Below are positions 8,828-18,087 of a DNA stretch of 38,249 nt, piece by piece. The notes under the pieces are model-generated. The model ran no database searches, had not been told where the DNA came from, and worked only from the letters and a program-made list of their open reading frames with translations. Position 1 is the stretch's first letter. Each line of letters begins with the position of its first letter. The DNA lies in the IMG/VR virus record IMGVR_UViG_3300027804_000115, positions 1 through 38,249 of that record, one strand, 5' to 3'. A program made the translations under genes and the position numbers. This DNA is from a virus (taxonomy: Duplodnaviria; Caudoviricetes).

Positions 8828-8882
8828 GGGTCAAGGTACGGACAGTGACTCTTGCCGGTCACTGGACGAGTAATAGGCAACC

Positions 8883-9815
8883 ATGAGTGAAGTGTTGAGT
8901 GCTGACGGTCTTCTTGCAGCCGCAAGGGACTTCGATTCTGGCGTCGATATTGACAGCCGGGAAACGCAGGAGACTCCCACAGAGTCCTCTGCAACCGAGC
9001 AAACGGAGCCTCAGAATGAGGTTTCTGCCAGTAAGGAAGTTTCCGAGGAGGCAGAGGATACGAAGGCGCAGCCTGAAGAGGCTCCGAAGAAGGAGACGAA
9101 GCAGGTCGAGCAGAAGAAGGAGTCGAAGTTCGCCCAGGAACAGGCTCGGAAGAGCAAGACTTGGGAGACGATCAACGCCGAGAAGCAGGCCATCAAGGCC
9201 GAGAAGGACGCGTTGGCCCGCGAACGTGATGAGTGGCAGAAGCAACGGCAGCAAACCGATGCCAAGGCTACCGACACGTACCGGGACGAGGCAGGGTTCA
9301 CCGCTGAAGACTACGAGAAGGCAGCGCGGGAGTTTGAAGCCGATGGCGACAAGGATCTCGCGAAGGCCGCATCGAAGAAGGCAGCAGAGGCTCGCAAGGC
9401 CGCAGGTGAACATCAGAGCAAGGTCCAGCAGGAACGGTTCAACAAGGCGTGGGAGGACACGTACCTCCGACTGTCCGAAAAGGAACCGGAACTGAAGGAT
9501 CCGAATTCTGACCTGTACAAGTCCACCGTGGACCTGATCGGCAAGTTCCAGATCCTCCGGGCAGCACCCGATGGACTGGCCCACGCCGTCGAGATCGTGA
9601 AGCTCCAGAAAGCTGCCGGCATGTCTCAGTCGCTGGAAGCGGAGAACAAATCGCTCAAGGAACAGTTGGACAAGCTCCAGAAGAAAACAGCAATCGGGAA
9701 GGGAACGGCCACCCAACCGCTGAAGGCAGAGGAAACAGACTTTGCCAAGATTCCGCTCAAGGAGCAGCGGGATCGCCTGATGAAGGCTGCGCGAGAGTTT
9801 GACCGTGAAGCCTGA
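8883..9815 (+). CDS. Capsid scaffolding protein
   Basis: Acidic disordered N-terminus, long E/K/A coiled coil, immediately upstream of the capsid gene. Confidence 0.8.
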   Translation: MSEVLSADGLLAAARDFDSGVDIDSRETQETPTESSATEQTEPQNEVSASKEVSEEAEDTKAQPEEAPKKETKQVEQKKESKFAQEQARKSKTWETINAEKQAIKAEKDALARERDEWQKQRQQTDAKATDTYRDEAGFTAEDYEKAAREFEADGDKDLAKAASKKAAEARKAAGEHQSKVQQERFNKAWEDTYLRLSEKEPELKDPNSDLYKSTVDLIGKFQILRAAPDGLAHAVEIVKLQKAAGMSQSLEAENKSLKEQLDKLQKKTAIGKGTATQPLKAEETDFAKIPLKEQRDRLMKAAREFDREA

Positions 9816-9835
9816 TTGAAAAGAAAGAGCATACC

Positions 9836-10990
9836 ATGCCAGTTACTACCTCGACCACGCTCACGAATCAGTTCCAGAACTACTTCAGCAAGGAGCTGTT
9901 GAGCATCGTCCAGCAGGAGACGATCCTCGATCAGTTCTCGATGAAGGCCCCGATCCCGAAGAACAACGGCAACAAGGCCATCACGATGTTCCGCTTCGGG
10001 GCTCCGAGCATTGCCGATGTCCAGACGATCAGCACGGAAGGCACCGCTATCGCGTCGGGAAGCTACCGGGCTCTCTCGCTCAACAAGCTGGAGAAGGGTC
10101 TCGCGCAGTACGGCCAGGTCATCGGCCTCACCGACATCCTGCGGGCCACGGACCTGTTCAACTCGCTCCAGCAGGCCACCAAGACCTCCGGTCTCGACAT
10201 GGCCCTGTGGGTTGACTCCGTCATCCGCAACACGCTGATCGGCTCCAACCTCTCCGTCTCTTCCGGGATCATGGGAACCGGGCCTGAAGCTGCTGGACCC
10301 ACGTTCAGCAACTCGGACGCTTGTAACACCGCTGCCGGTTCCGGCGGTATCAAGGTGTACGGCAATCCGGCCACGCTCACGAACCAGACCTTCTCCGGTC
10401 TGAACACCGCAGCCACCGTTCTTGATACCACGATGAGTGCCTCGGCGGTACTCGACTCCATGACCCGCCTGAAGCGCAATCGCGCCCCGCTCATCAATGG
10501 CAGCTACGTCCTCGCGACCGATCCTCGCGTGGCCCGCGACCTGATGCGCGACAGCGACTGGCTCAACGCCTCCAACTACGGCAACAAGGGTCAACCCTTC
10601 TACAAGGGCGAAGTCGGCTCCATCTACGGCTGCCGCGTTGTCACCCAGACCAACTCGTTCGTCAGCAAGGGATCCGCTGTTGACACTGACGAGTTCATCA
10701 ACACGACCAGCCCGAATGGCGGCGGCTTGGTGGCAACCAAGGACATCATCGCCTCGTTCTTCCTCGGAAACGAGTCGTTCGGTATCCCCCACCTCACGGG
10801 CGACGATCCGCTCTCCCCGAAGATTGTCATCACCGACACGCCCGACAAGAGCGACCCGCTCAACCAGTTGGTCACTGTCGGCGTGAAGCTGTACTTCGCC
10901 ACGCTGCGTCTCGCCGCCGGTAACACGGCATCCACCGGCAATCCGGTCTGGTACCTGGTCCACCGCACGAAGACCTCGACCACGCTGTAA
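9836..10990 (+). CDS. Major capsid protein (N4-gp56-like, HK97 fold)
   Basis: PIPKNNGNKAITMFR, QYGQVIGLTD, YKGEVGSIYGCRVV, DKSDPLNQ; position after scaffold; strongly biased codons. Confidence 0.9.
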   Translation: MPVTTSTTLTNQFQNYFSKELLSIVQQETILDQFSMKAPIPKNNGNKAITMFRFGAPSIADVQTISTEGTAIASGSYRALSLNKLEKGLAQYGQVIGLTDILRATDLFNSLQQATKTSGLDMALWVDSVIRNTLIGSNLSVSSGIMGTGPEAAGPTFSNSDACNTAAGSGGIKVYGNPATLTNQTFSGLNTAATVLDTTMSASAVLDSMTRLKRNRAPLINGSYVLATDPRVARDLMRDSDWLNASNYGNKGQPFYKGEVGSIYGCRVVTQTNSFVSKGSAVDTDEFINTTSPNGGGLVATKDIIASFFLGNESFGIPHLTGDDPLSPKIVITDTPDKSDPLNQLVTVGVKLYFATLRLAAGNTASTGNPVWYLVHRTKTSTTL

Positions 10991-10994
10991 AGCC

Positions 10995-11378
10995 ATGAAG
11001 AAAACGGCCACCATCATGGTGATTGCCGTTGGACCGAGGGGGCATCGCCAAGGCGGTGTCCCCTTTTCCCATTCCGCTTGCGGGGAAAACGGGTCCGACG
11101 AAGATCGCGCCATGATTTCTATTCCTGTCGAGGCTCTCTCGACCGATGCAGAGGACAACAGCAATGTTGCTCCCGAGATCGGTGATGAGGTCACGCTTCC
11201 CGAGGTCAAGGCTCGCGTGAAGAAGATCGAAGAGGGTGAAGCCTACGTGGAGATCCTGTCGGTCGGTGGTATGCCCGCCGAGTACAAGAACAAGGACTCC
11301 GAGAAGACCGAGATGCCCGAGGACGAGAAGTCCATGCGGAATATGGTCGAGAAGTACGACAGCGAGATGGAGTCCTGA
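10995..11378 (+). CDS. Acidic hypothetical protein
   Basis: Directly follows the capsid gene; phage-like codon usage. Confidence 0.7.
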   Translation: MKKTATIMVIAVGPRGHRQGGVPFSHSACGENGSDEDRAMISIPVEALSTDAEDNSNVAPEIGDEVTLPEVKARVKKIEEGEAYVEILSVGGMPAEYKNKDSEKTEMPEDEKSMRNMVEKYDSEMES

Positions 11379-11379
11379 C

Positions 11380-11634
11380 ATGCCCATCTACACCTTTGAA
11401 AACGGCGGAAAGTCCATCGAGCAAATCGCTCCGATTGGAACTGAATCCATCGTTGTTGAGGGGAAGCGGTGGCAGCGTCAACCCATTGCGAGGTTCGCTG
11501 CCACCGGCTTTGCCAGGGAAGCTGAACTGAAGGACAAGGTGAAGCAGGGGTTCAGCAGGATGGAAGACCGGCAGGGAAGCCGGTTCGAAAGCACTTTCAC
11601 AAAGAATCAAATCAGGAAGATCTGGGACATATGA
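11380..11634 (+). CDS. Hypothetical protein (FmdB-like MPIY start, no Cys)
   Basis: ATG at 11380, MPIYTFE...; ATGA overlap with the next gene. Confidence 0.7.
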   Translation: MPIYTFENGGKSIEQIAPIGTESIVVEGKRWQRQPIARFAATGFAREAELKDKVKQGFSRMEDRQGSRFESTFTKNQIRKIWDI

Positions 11635-11897
11635 GCGACGTATCAAACATGGCCATCGAACTTGGGATGGGTACATCCGGGTTCCAGTTGGTTACTGCGA
11701 CCACGCTTCAGAGCGGGCCGTTCTGCGCGTTGCAGGTTGTTTCCAACGCAGTGTTCACGTCCATTACCGGAGAGGGGGTGAGTGGAACCTGGACCGCTAC
11801 CACCATCCCCGCTGGCATGGTGATCGTTGGCAGCATCGACAGCTTCCAGCTCACCAGCGGGACCGTGATTGCGTACAAGGGCAAGATCACGTTCTAA
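11631..11897 (+). CDS. Small beta-rich virion protein
   Basis: TIPAGMVIVG...LTSGTVIAY pattern; precedes the fibre gene. Confidence 0.7.
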   Translation: MSDVSNMAIELGMGTSGFQLVTATTLQSGPFCALQVVSNAVFTSITGEGVSGTWTATTIPAGMVIVGSIDSFQLTSGTVIAYKGKITF

Positions 11898-11900
11898 GCC

Positions 11901-13184
11901 ATGCGCCTCTCGACCAGTCTTAGGCTCAACGCGCAGAAGGGGTTGGTGACTCCATACGATCCCGCGCTGACGCTTGACCTGCAATTCGCTGCTCGACAGG
12001 CGTATGTGGCCAACATTGGTCCGCTGCCGACGTTTACGAATGCGTCGACAACGCGCACCTTTGTTGGAAGCGATGGGTTGATCCAGACGGCGGCTACCAA
12101 CGTGCCGCGCATCGACTTCGACCCGGTTACCCGTCTGTGCCGTGGGTTGCTGATTGAGGAGCAGAGGACGAATCTGGTGTCTCGGAGCGAGGATTTTGCG
12201 GATGCTTCTTGGACAAGATTCAATGCAACAGTTGTCTCAAACTCCGCATCTGCACCAGATGGATCCACAACTGCTGACCTTATATATCCTTCAGCAACAG
12301 GAAATCTGAATGGAGAGGTCTATAAAAGCACCACATCAGGAATATCGTCTGGAAATACGGTAACTGTATCATGCTTCATTAAAGCGTCTGGAAAGAACTT
12401 TGCGTATCTAGCAAAGGTTCAAAACACAACCGGAGCAGATTGGTCTGCCTGTTATCTGAATCTCACTACAGGTGCGATAACAAACGTACTTGCTGGATGC
12501 ACGGCAGCAGTAGAGCAGTATCCGAATGGTTGGTGGAGGATTTCGCTCACGTCAACTGCTGGAGCTGGGCCGTATTGGGCACTTGTTGGTTCGTCTGATG
12601 CTGCTGGATCTCAATTGAATACTTCCAGCGGAACAAACGGCATATTGGTTTGGGGATTTATGATGGAGGTAGGTGCCTTCGCCACGTCCTACATCCCGAC
12701 GACCACTGGCTCACTCATCCGCTCCGCCGACGTGTGCTCCATCACCGGGGCGGCGTTTACGGGGTTTTACAACGCCACTGAAGGCACGATGGTCTGCAAG
12801 TACGACCGTGCAGGCACCGCTTCTGAGACCCACTTCTGCATTGATAACGGAACTTCCAACGAAAGGTTGGTACTTCAGTTCAGTGGTGTTGTGGAACGAT
12901 TCGGAGCCTCTATTGGAGGTGCTGGAGCAAATCTTGATTCGGCTACCGTTGGAGCAATCAATACCAGAATCGGTCACGCGGCCAGATACAAGCTCAACGA
13001 CTACGCATTCTGCTGCAATGGCACAACTGTAGTCACCAATACAACATTGGCTGTTCCAACCGTTACGCAGGCTACCATTGGAAATCGCATCAACGGTTTG
13101 TTTACCAACGGCCACATCTACGCCATCCAGTACTACAACACCATCAAGACCAACGCCCAACTCCAAGCCCTCTCCACGCCATGA
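11901..13184 (+). CDS. Head/tail fibre protein with carbohydrate-binding and ConA/LamG-like domains
   Basis: PRIDFDP...RGLLIEEQRTNL, YPNGWWRIS, GAFATSYIPT...RSAD motifs; C-terminal beta-sandwich. Confidence 0.8.
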   Translation: MRLSTSLRLNAQKGLVTPYDPALTLDLQFAARQAYVANIGPLPTFTNASTTRTFVGSDGLIQTAATNVPRIDFDPVTRLCRGLLIEEQRTNLVSRSEDFADASWTRFNATVVSNSASAPDGSTTADLIYPSATGNLNGEVYKSTTSGISSGNTVTVSCFIKASGKNFAYLAKVQNTTGADWSACYLNLTTGAITNVLAGCTAAVEQYPNGWWRISLTSTAGAGPYWALVGSSDAAGSQLNTSSGTNGILVWGFMMEVGAFATSYIPTTTGSLIRSADVCSITGAAFTGFYNATEGTMVCKYDRAGTASETHFCIDNGTSNERLVLQFSGVVERFGASIGGAGANLDSATVGAINTRIGHAARYKLNDYAFCCNGTTVVTNTTLAVPTVTQATIGNRINGLFTNGHIYAIQYYNTIKTNAQLQALSTP

Positions 13185-13507
13185 TCGATTACCTGCTCAA
13201 ATTCGATACCCAGGAGCAGGCAGTCCAGTTCGGGCTGGATAATGGATTCGTCTCTTTCGACGAGGACGGCAACCCCGTCACCACACTCGCAACACACACC
13301 TACGCACTGGCCATCCTCGGTCCGTGGATCCACCAGATCGGCACCGGCCAAGACGGCGACCCAATCTTTGTGTCCGACGGAAAGCACTGGGTCCTCTTCC
13401 GGGACGCTGCAAACCTCGACGTTCCAACTGGCGCAGACCAATTTATCGTGTGGACCTCGGAGCAAGGCCCACGTCCTGAAAACGCTCCGCAAACCGCCTG
13501 GGCCTGA
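13181..13507 (+). CDS. Fibre-associated protein (possible chaperone)
   Basis: MIDYLLKF start, ATGA-coupled to the fibre gene. Confidence 0.7.
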   Translation: MIDYLLKFDTQEQAVQFGLDNGFVSFDEDGNPVTTLATHTYALAILGPWIHQIGTGQDGDPIFVSDGKHWVLFRDAANLDVPTGADQFIVWTSEQGPRPENAPQTAWA

Positions 13508-13509
13508 TC

Positions 13510-13935
13510 ATGCCGAAAATCTCCTCACTCACATCCATCCCGGCAATCGACACGGCAAACGATGTCCTGCCGATTGTCGATGCCAGCACGTCAACCACCT
13601 GCAAGGTGTCGGTGGCTACGCTGTTGGCGGGGGTTGGTGCTGGCGTTCAGCAGCTTACAACCAGCGTACTTGATCCGGTCAACAACACCTACTGGTTGAT
13701 CGCCAGAATCAACGCGAACGCGACCATCACGCGAATCTCAGCTCAAACCACTTCTGGAACCTGCTCCGTGCAGCTCACCACAAATGCAGGAACGCTCGGT
13801 TCGCCATTGAGCTGTTCCAGCACATTGAACACCTCTGTCGTCTCTCTTGCGATTACGGCAGGAAATTACCTCAAGATCACCGTATCTTCTGTTTCTGCCG
13901 CAGTAAACCTGTGCGTAACAATCGATTACCAATGA
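13510..13935 (+). CDS. Short fibre/adapter protein
   Basis: N-terminal KISSL...DVLPIVD...TTCKVSV virion-attachment-type motif followed by a Thr/Ser beta domain. Confidence 0.7.
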   Translation: MPKISSLTSIPAIDTANDVLPIVDASTSTTCKVSVATLLAGVGAGVQQLTTSVLDPVNNTYWLIARINANATITRISAQTTSGTCSVQLTTNAGTLGSPLSCSSTLNTSVVSLAITAGNYLKITVSSVSAAVNLCVTIDYQ

Positions 13936-13936
13936 T

Positions 13937-14140
13937 GTGAACTCCCATATCTTCTACGGTAATCTGTTCAGCGTTGACCTCAACGCTTTGAAGTCGGTTG
14001 TTGTGCTGGATGAGACGATTCCTCCAGCCGTTGACCTGAATGTGCTGAAGTCTGTGGCCATTCTGGATGAGACAATCCCTCCAGCCGTTGACCTGAATGC
14101 TTTGAAGTCAGTCGTTATCTTCGACGAAACCTATCCTTAA
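13937..14140 (+). CDS. Small protein made of three 19-aa repeats
   Basis: (A/S)VDLN(A/V)LKSVxxxDET(I/Y)P x3; DNA differences between copies are largely synonymous. Confidence 0.75.
   Translation: MNSHIFYGNLFSVDLNALKSVVVLDETIPPAVDLNVLKSVAILDETIPPAVDLNALKSVVIFDETYP
13970..14140 (+). repeat. 57-bp tandem repeat x3
   Basis: Units 13970-14026, 14027-14083, 14084-14140, each containing GTTGACCTNAA...GAAGTC. Confidence 0.9.
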
Positions 14141-14145
14141 CGATT

Positions 14146-15345
14146 ATGGCAAGACTGAGATTTTGTGGATTTGATTACAATGCTGCAAACGGATCAATCG
14201 TATCTGGATCGACAGCGACTGGAATGAATCTGGATAAGGATTTCCTGTTCGTAAGCTACACCAGTGACACCACGTTTTACGCTCCAGGGCTTGCCACTCC
14301 AAATGTTGGTGGAAACAGCGGTAGGGGATCCGCTAGTGGAGCTTTGGGTGCCTACATTAGTGAAGCGTTATCCAATTTCAATGCGTATACGTCGATAACA
14401 AGTTGCGCTGTCCCTAGATCTTCCATTGGAAGCCCAAACCAAATTTGGGCAACATTTGACCTTTCCTACCTAATAGGAAGAAATGTTGATGATCCAACAA
14501 ACCTGATGAGGTCTGAAGCCAGGTTTCAGGTGTTCAAGTTTGGAGATCTGTCGCTAAGGCTTCGCAGGATCTTCAATTACGCGGCAGGTGTGGCTGACAT
14601 CACGTTTGAAGCATTCAATGGTTCAACATCTCTTGGAACTATCACACTGACGCCATATTCAAACGCGAGTTGGATCTTCTGCCGAATCTACGCAAAGCTC
14701 GATGGATCAACTGGCCGGTTCGATATTTCGCTTGATGGCCAAAGCGTCAGCTACACCGGATTGAACTCTGTTGCCACAACTCCTCTGGCAAGCGTTAATC
14801 ATCTATACTTTTCAGGTGGGATTCTTGGATACGTTTCAGGAACAACCGGACCTTTGAATTTCGGGTTGATTGACAATCTGCTTCTGGATGACGCAGCGTT
14901 TCCGTCGGGTCGTCCTCGCGGTCAAAGAGTCGCAATCGCAAGCGACGGAACTCTGACTGGATGGGAATCAAATCCAACCGGATCAACACTGACCGGTGCG
15001 CTTTCTTCTTTTGACACAAGTTGGGCTCGCGGATCTGGAACTGGATCAACAGCACTGCTTAACCTGACAGCACCATCAACAACCGGGCTCAATGGTGTGC
15101 TCGGGTGGCAGATTCATGCGTATGGACTTTCAAACGTAGACACCATCGCAACAAAGCGTCTCATCACTGGAGTTGATGTATCGGGCACGGTGACAAATGG
15201 TACGTACATCAGTCCTCAGATTCCACCTGCAACGCCGTCGTACATTCAACCAGGCGTAGACACGATCTTCTACAGCACGGGAACAACTGACTTCACACTG
15301 GCCAGTGTTCCGAATACAAAGCTGCGTCTTGAGGTTACATCGTAA
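14146..15345 (+). CDS. Putative receptor-binding/lectin-like virion protein (lower GC)
   Basis: 399 aa Ser/Thr/Gly beta-rich protein with IDNLLLDD...GRPR pattern; visibly A/T-richer codons. Confidence 0.65.
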   Translation: MARLRFCGFDYNAANGSIVSGSTATGMNLDKDFLFVSYTSDTTFYAPGLATPNVGGNSGRGSASGALGAYISEALSNFNAYTSITSCAVPRSSIGSPNQIWATFDLSYLIGRNVDDPTNLMRSEARFQVFKFGDLSLRLRRIFNYAAGVADITFEAFNGSTSLGTITLTPYSNASWIFCRIYAKLDGSTGRFDISLDGQSVSYTGLNSVATTPLASVNHLYFSGGILGYVSGTTGPLNFGLIDNLLLDDAAFPSGRPRGQRVAIASDGTLTGWESNPTGSTLTGALSSFDTSWARGSGTGSTALLNLTAPSTTGLNGVLGWQIHAYGLSNVDTIATKRLITGVDVSGTVTNGTYISPQIPPATPSYIQPGVDTIFYSTGTTDFTLASVPNTKLRLEVTS

Positions 15346-15376
15346 ACAAGTCTGGCGCATTCACACTCTCTAGCCG

Positions 15377-15553
15377 ATGAATACTAACGACATCAGAGAC
15401 GGCATTATCGCCACCAGCGCAACCTCGGGATCCGTCGCGATCTCTTTCATCGACGCCATCAGTCCGTACATCCGGTTCGCCTCTCTGCTGGTCGGCCTCG
15501 TCATCGGCATCATCATTCTCATCAAACACATCAGGAACTGGGACAAATCATGA
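15377..15553 (+). CDS. Holin-like membrane protein (58 aa, not in ORF track)
   Basis: Strong TM FASLLVGLVIGIIILI with basic tail; ATGA overlap. Confidence 0.65.
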   Translation: MNTNDIRDGIIATSATSGSVAISFIDAISPYIRFASLLVGLVIGIIILIKHIRNWDKS

Positions 15554-15729
15554 AGAACACAAAGACCACCATCGCCGGTATCGGAGCCATCCTCGTCGCA
15601 GTCGGCGGAGCACTCCGCGCACTCTTCGACAACGATCCCACCACCAACGTCGATATCCCCGCCGTAATCGCCGCCGTCACTGCCGGCATCGGCCTCATCG
15701 CCGCCAAGGACGCCACTCCCGAGAAGTGA
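15550..15729 (+). CDS. Holin-like two-TM protein (59 aa, not in ORF track)
   Basis: MKNTKTTIAGIGAILVAVGG...AVTAGIGLIAAKD; KTT...GL.AKD pattern. Confidence 0.75.
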   Translation: MKNTKTTIAGIGAILVAVGGALRALFDNDPTTNVDIPAVIAAVTAGIGLIAAKDATPEK

Positions 15730-15896
15730 ACGTCATCGGTCAAATCGTTACCGCAATCCTCAAGTGGCTTGAGGAACTCGCCGGAAAGGATACCCATGGC
15801 CAATTCGCACAGCCCCAGGACGATCTTAAGCGTGATCTGCGCGAGCGCATTGATCGCCATGAGCGGATGCGCCAGCCGGGTGATCCTCGTTCCTGA
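15726..15896 (+). CDS. Possible i-spanin (Rz-like), 56 aa
   Basis: GTGA-coupled; short hydrophobic N-terminus then charged helix; overlaps the lipoprotein gene in another frame. Confidence 0.5.
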   Translation: MNVIGQIVTAILKWLEELAGKDTHGQFAQPQDDLKRDLRERIDRHERMRQPGDPRS

Positions 15897-16026
15897 AGGC
15901 GAACCCGTCCTCCTGGCCGAGCCCGTCAAGGCTCGCGTCTTCGTCAAAACCAAGGACGGCAATCTCGTCCGCAGCCAAAACCGCGTGACCATCCCCGCCG
16001 GATGGTATGCACTCCCGAAAGACTGA
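15796..16026 (+). CDS. Lipoprotein, probable o-spanin (Rz1-like)
   Basis: AAGGA then ATG at 15796; hydrophobic stretch and lipobox-like MSG/C; Pro-rich mature part. Confidence 0.65.
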   Translation: MANSHSPRTILSVICASALIAMSGCASRVILVPEGEPVLLAEPVKARVFVKTKDGNLVRSQNRVTIPAGWYALPKD

Positions 16027-16027
16027 T

Positions 16028-17314
16028 ATGGGTACGCCGCTCACAGGTTCAACGGTTTCGTCAACGTACACGGGTCTCCTCAAGACCACCGATACGGCAA
16101 TCTTCACCTCATCGCTGAAGACGATCTGCGATGGCGGCGGCAACGACAGCTCGCTCAAGCTATCCACCACTGCTGCCGCGTTCACCGGCACCGTGGATGT
16201 GGCCGGCAATGTCACTCTGGCGGGCAACATCACGGTCAACACCAACAAGTTCACCGTCGTTGCGGCGAGCGGGAACACTGCTGTTGGCGGCACGTTCTCT
16301 GCGGCTGGAGCGACCACCCTGTCGTCTACGCTGAATGTCACCGGGGCAGCGGTGTTCTCGTCCACGGTTGCAGCATCGGGCAACATCAGTACGTCAGGCG
16401 GAAACCTGTCCGTCTACGGCAACATCGTTCAATCCAATGCCGGCGCATCCAACACGCTCGCGGGAGGTCTCACGGTCGGGAACGCAGCGGTCTTCAACGG
16501 CGGCGTCACGTTCAACTCGACGACCTCGTTCACTTCCGCAATCTCGGTCGCGGGAATCACGAACTCAGGCACCTTCCTCAGTACCGGCGCAGCAACCATC
16601 GGAACCGTTGGAGGTGTTGCCCTCGGACCCACCACGATCACGAGCGTCACGGTCTCGGGACCGAGCACGTTTAACGGAAACACTACTCTTGGTGACGGTG
16701 CTCTCGACACTGTGACCGTTGGGTCGGCCAACGTGACGTTCACCAATCTGGCAACCAAGACCACGCCAATAGCCGCAGACACGTTGCTGCTTCGGGATTC
16801 CGAGGAATCCAACAAGCTCAAGCTGGTGGCCTTCTCCTCCGTTGGAGCGGCGAAGTTCATCTACTCGGAGACGATTTCGAGGGCACCCGGATCCGAGCAG
16901 AGTTTCAGCGTTGCCACGGGTGGAGGTTATTCGACTCTCCAACAGAGCGGATCCACTTCTGATTGGACGTACACTTGGACTCCTCGCGCAGTCGGAAACA
17001 AGGCTCTCATCAAGGTTTCCGTTCCAGTTTCAGTTGATAACGGAACCGTTGTTTACGTGGGAATTGTGGACGGTGCATCAACGGTTGTTGGTGTTGGAGC
17101 GGCTACGGTAAACGCGAATAACCAGATCATTGCAATCGCTGAATGCACGTTCACTTCGACGGCTGCTACGCACACTTTCAAGGTGTGGATTGGAAGCTCT
17201 GAATCACTCACCACGTTGACGGTGGCTTACAACGATTCAACAAACTCTTGGTTCAACAACGACGGATCGACGACCCGCAACGCCAAGGTCCAATTTGAGC
17301 TGATCGAGTTCTGA
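16028..17314 (+). CDS. Tail fibre protein
   Basis: Gly/Thr/Val beta-repeat shaft (LNVTGA, LTVGN), DTLLLRDS junction, C-terminal head domain. Confidence 0.8.
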   Translation: MGTPLTGSTVSSTYTGLLKTTDTAIFTSSLKTICDGGGNDSSLKLSTTAAAFTGTVDVAGNVTLAGNITVNTNKFTVVAASGNTAVGGTFSAAGATTLSSTLNVTGAAVFSSTVAASGNISTSGGNLSVYGNIVQSNAGASNTLAGGLTVGNAAVFNGGVTFNSTTSFTSAISVAGITNSGTFLSTGAATIGTVGGVALGPTTITSVTVSGPSTFNGNTTLGDGALDTVTVGSANVTFTNLATKTTPIAADTLLLRDSEESNKLKLVAFSSVGAAKFIYSETISRAPGSEQSFSVATGGGYSTLQQSGSTSDWTYTWTPRAVGNKALIKVSVPVSVDNGTVVYVGIVDGASTVVGVGAATVNANNQIIAIAECTFTSTAATHTFKVWIGSSESLTTLTVAYNDSTNSWFNNDGSTTRNAKVQFELIEF

Positions 17315-17316
17315 TC

Positions 17317-18087
17317 ATGAACATCTCCGAAATCGCTCAGGCAGCCTGCGACAAGCTCTCGTTCACCGATGCGGCAACTCTGGCTCTCGCCAAGAAGTTC
17401 ACCGCCCGTCGCTACGCCATGCTCTGGGACGGGGCACTGTGGAACGATACACTCGGAGTCGTCTCGGTCTCCATCACCGACGGCCAGGAGATCGTGAACA
17501 TCAGTCCGTTCGTCACCTCCTCCTACACCTCGTTCTCCGGTGAGGAATCCTACTTGGACCTCCCGGTGGCCATCCGCTTCACCGTCACCGGAGACACCGA
17601 CGGCATCGAGATCCCCGCCGCAGAATGGCAGTCGTTCTTCCAGCTCGATCCCAACATCTGGAACAACGTGGACTCCCGGAAGTCCACTCCCAACAACTTC
17701 GTCAATCTCTCGCGCCTCATGACCGATGGCGCGACTACCTACGGCCAGTCCGGCATCCCGCGCATCAAGCTGGTTCCAACTCCCAACGCCAACGGAACCC
17801 TGTTCATCCTCGGGAAGAAGCAGTCCTGTGTTCGCCAACTCGGCGAGACCGCAGCCATCACGCTCAACCGATCCATCGAACTGCGGGGCGCAGACAACGC
17901 ACTCATGGCCTACGTGGAAGGCGATCTGCTGGAGTACTCCCGGCAGTACTCCAAGGCCCAAGCGAAGTTCGCAGAGGGAACCGCTCACGTCTCCACCATG
18001 AAGGACATGGAACGTGGCCAACAACAGCAGATCAGTCGCATCATTCCTGACTCGGATTACTCCTACGACTTCAACGACATCGTCTGA
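17317..18087 (+). CDS. Head-tail adaptor (tail tubular protein A / P22 gp4-like)
   Basis: ~250 aa helix-beta-helix layout with IKLVPTP motif; precedes the nozzle gene. Confidence 0.7.
   Translation: MNISEIAQAACDKLSFTDAATLALAKKFTARRYAMLWDGALWNDTLGVVSVSITDGQEIVNISPFVTSSYTSFSGEESYLDLPVAIRFTVTGDTDGIEIPAAEWQSFFQLDPNIWNNVDSRKSTPNNFVNLSRLMTDGATTYGQSGIPRIKLVPTPNANGTLFILGKKQSCVRQLGETAAITLNRSIELRGADNALMAYVEGDLLEYSRQYSKAQAKFAEGTAHVSTMKDMERGQQQQISRIIPDSDYSYDFNDIV

Noticed and set aside
9626-11209. 527-aa minus-strand ORF
   Set aside because: Antisense shadow of the capsid gene, expected from its codon bias; no motifs.
13970-14140. Possible CRISPR-like array
   Set aside because: Units are contiguous, in frame and lack unique spacers; it is a coding repeat.
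11901-17314. Diversity-generating retroelement acting on fibre genes
   Set aside because: No reverse transcriptase and no template/variable repeat pair seen.
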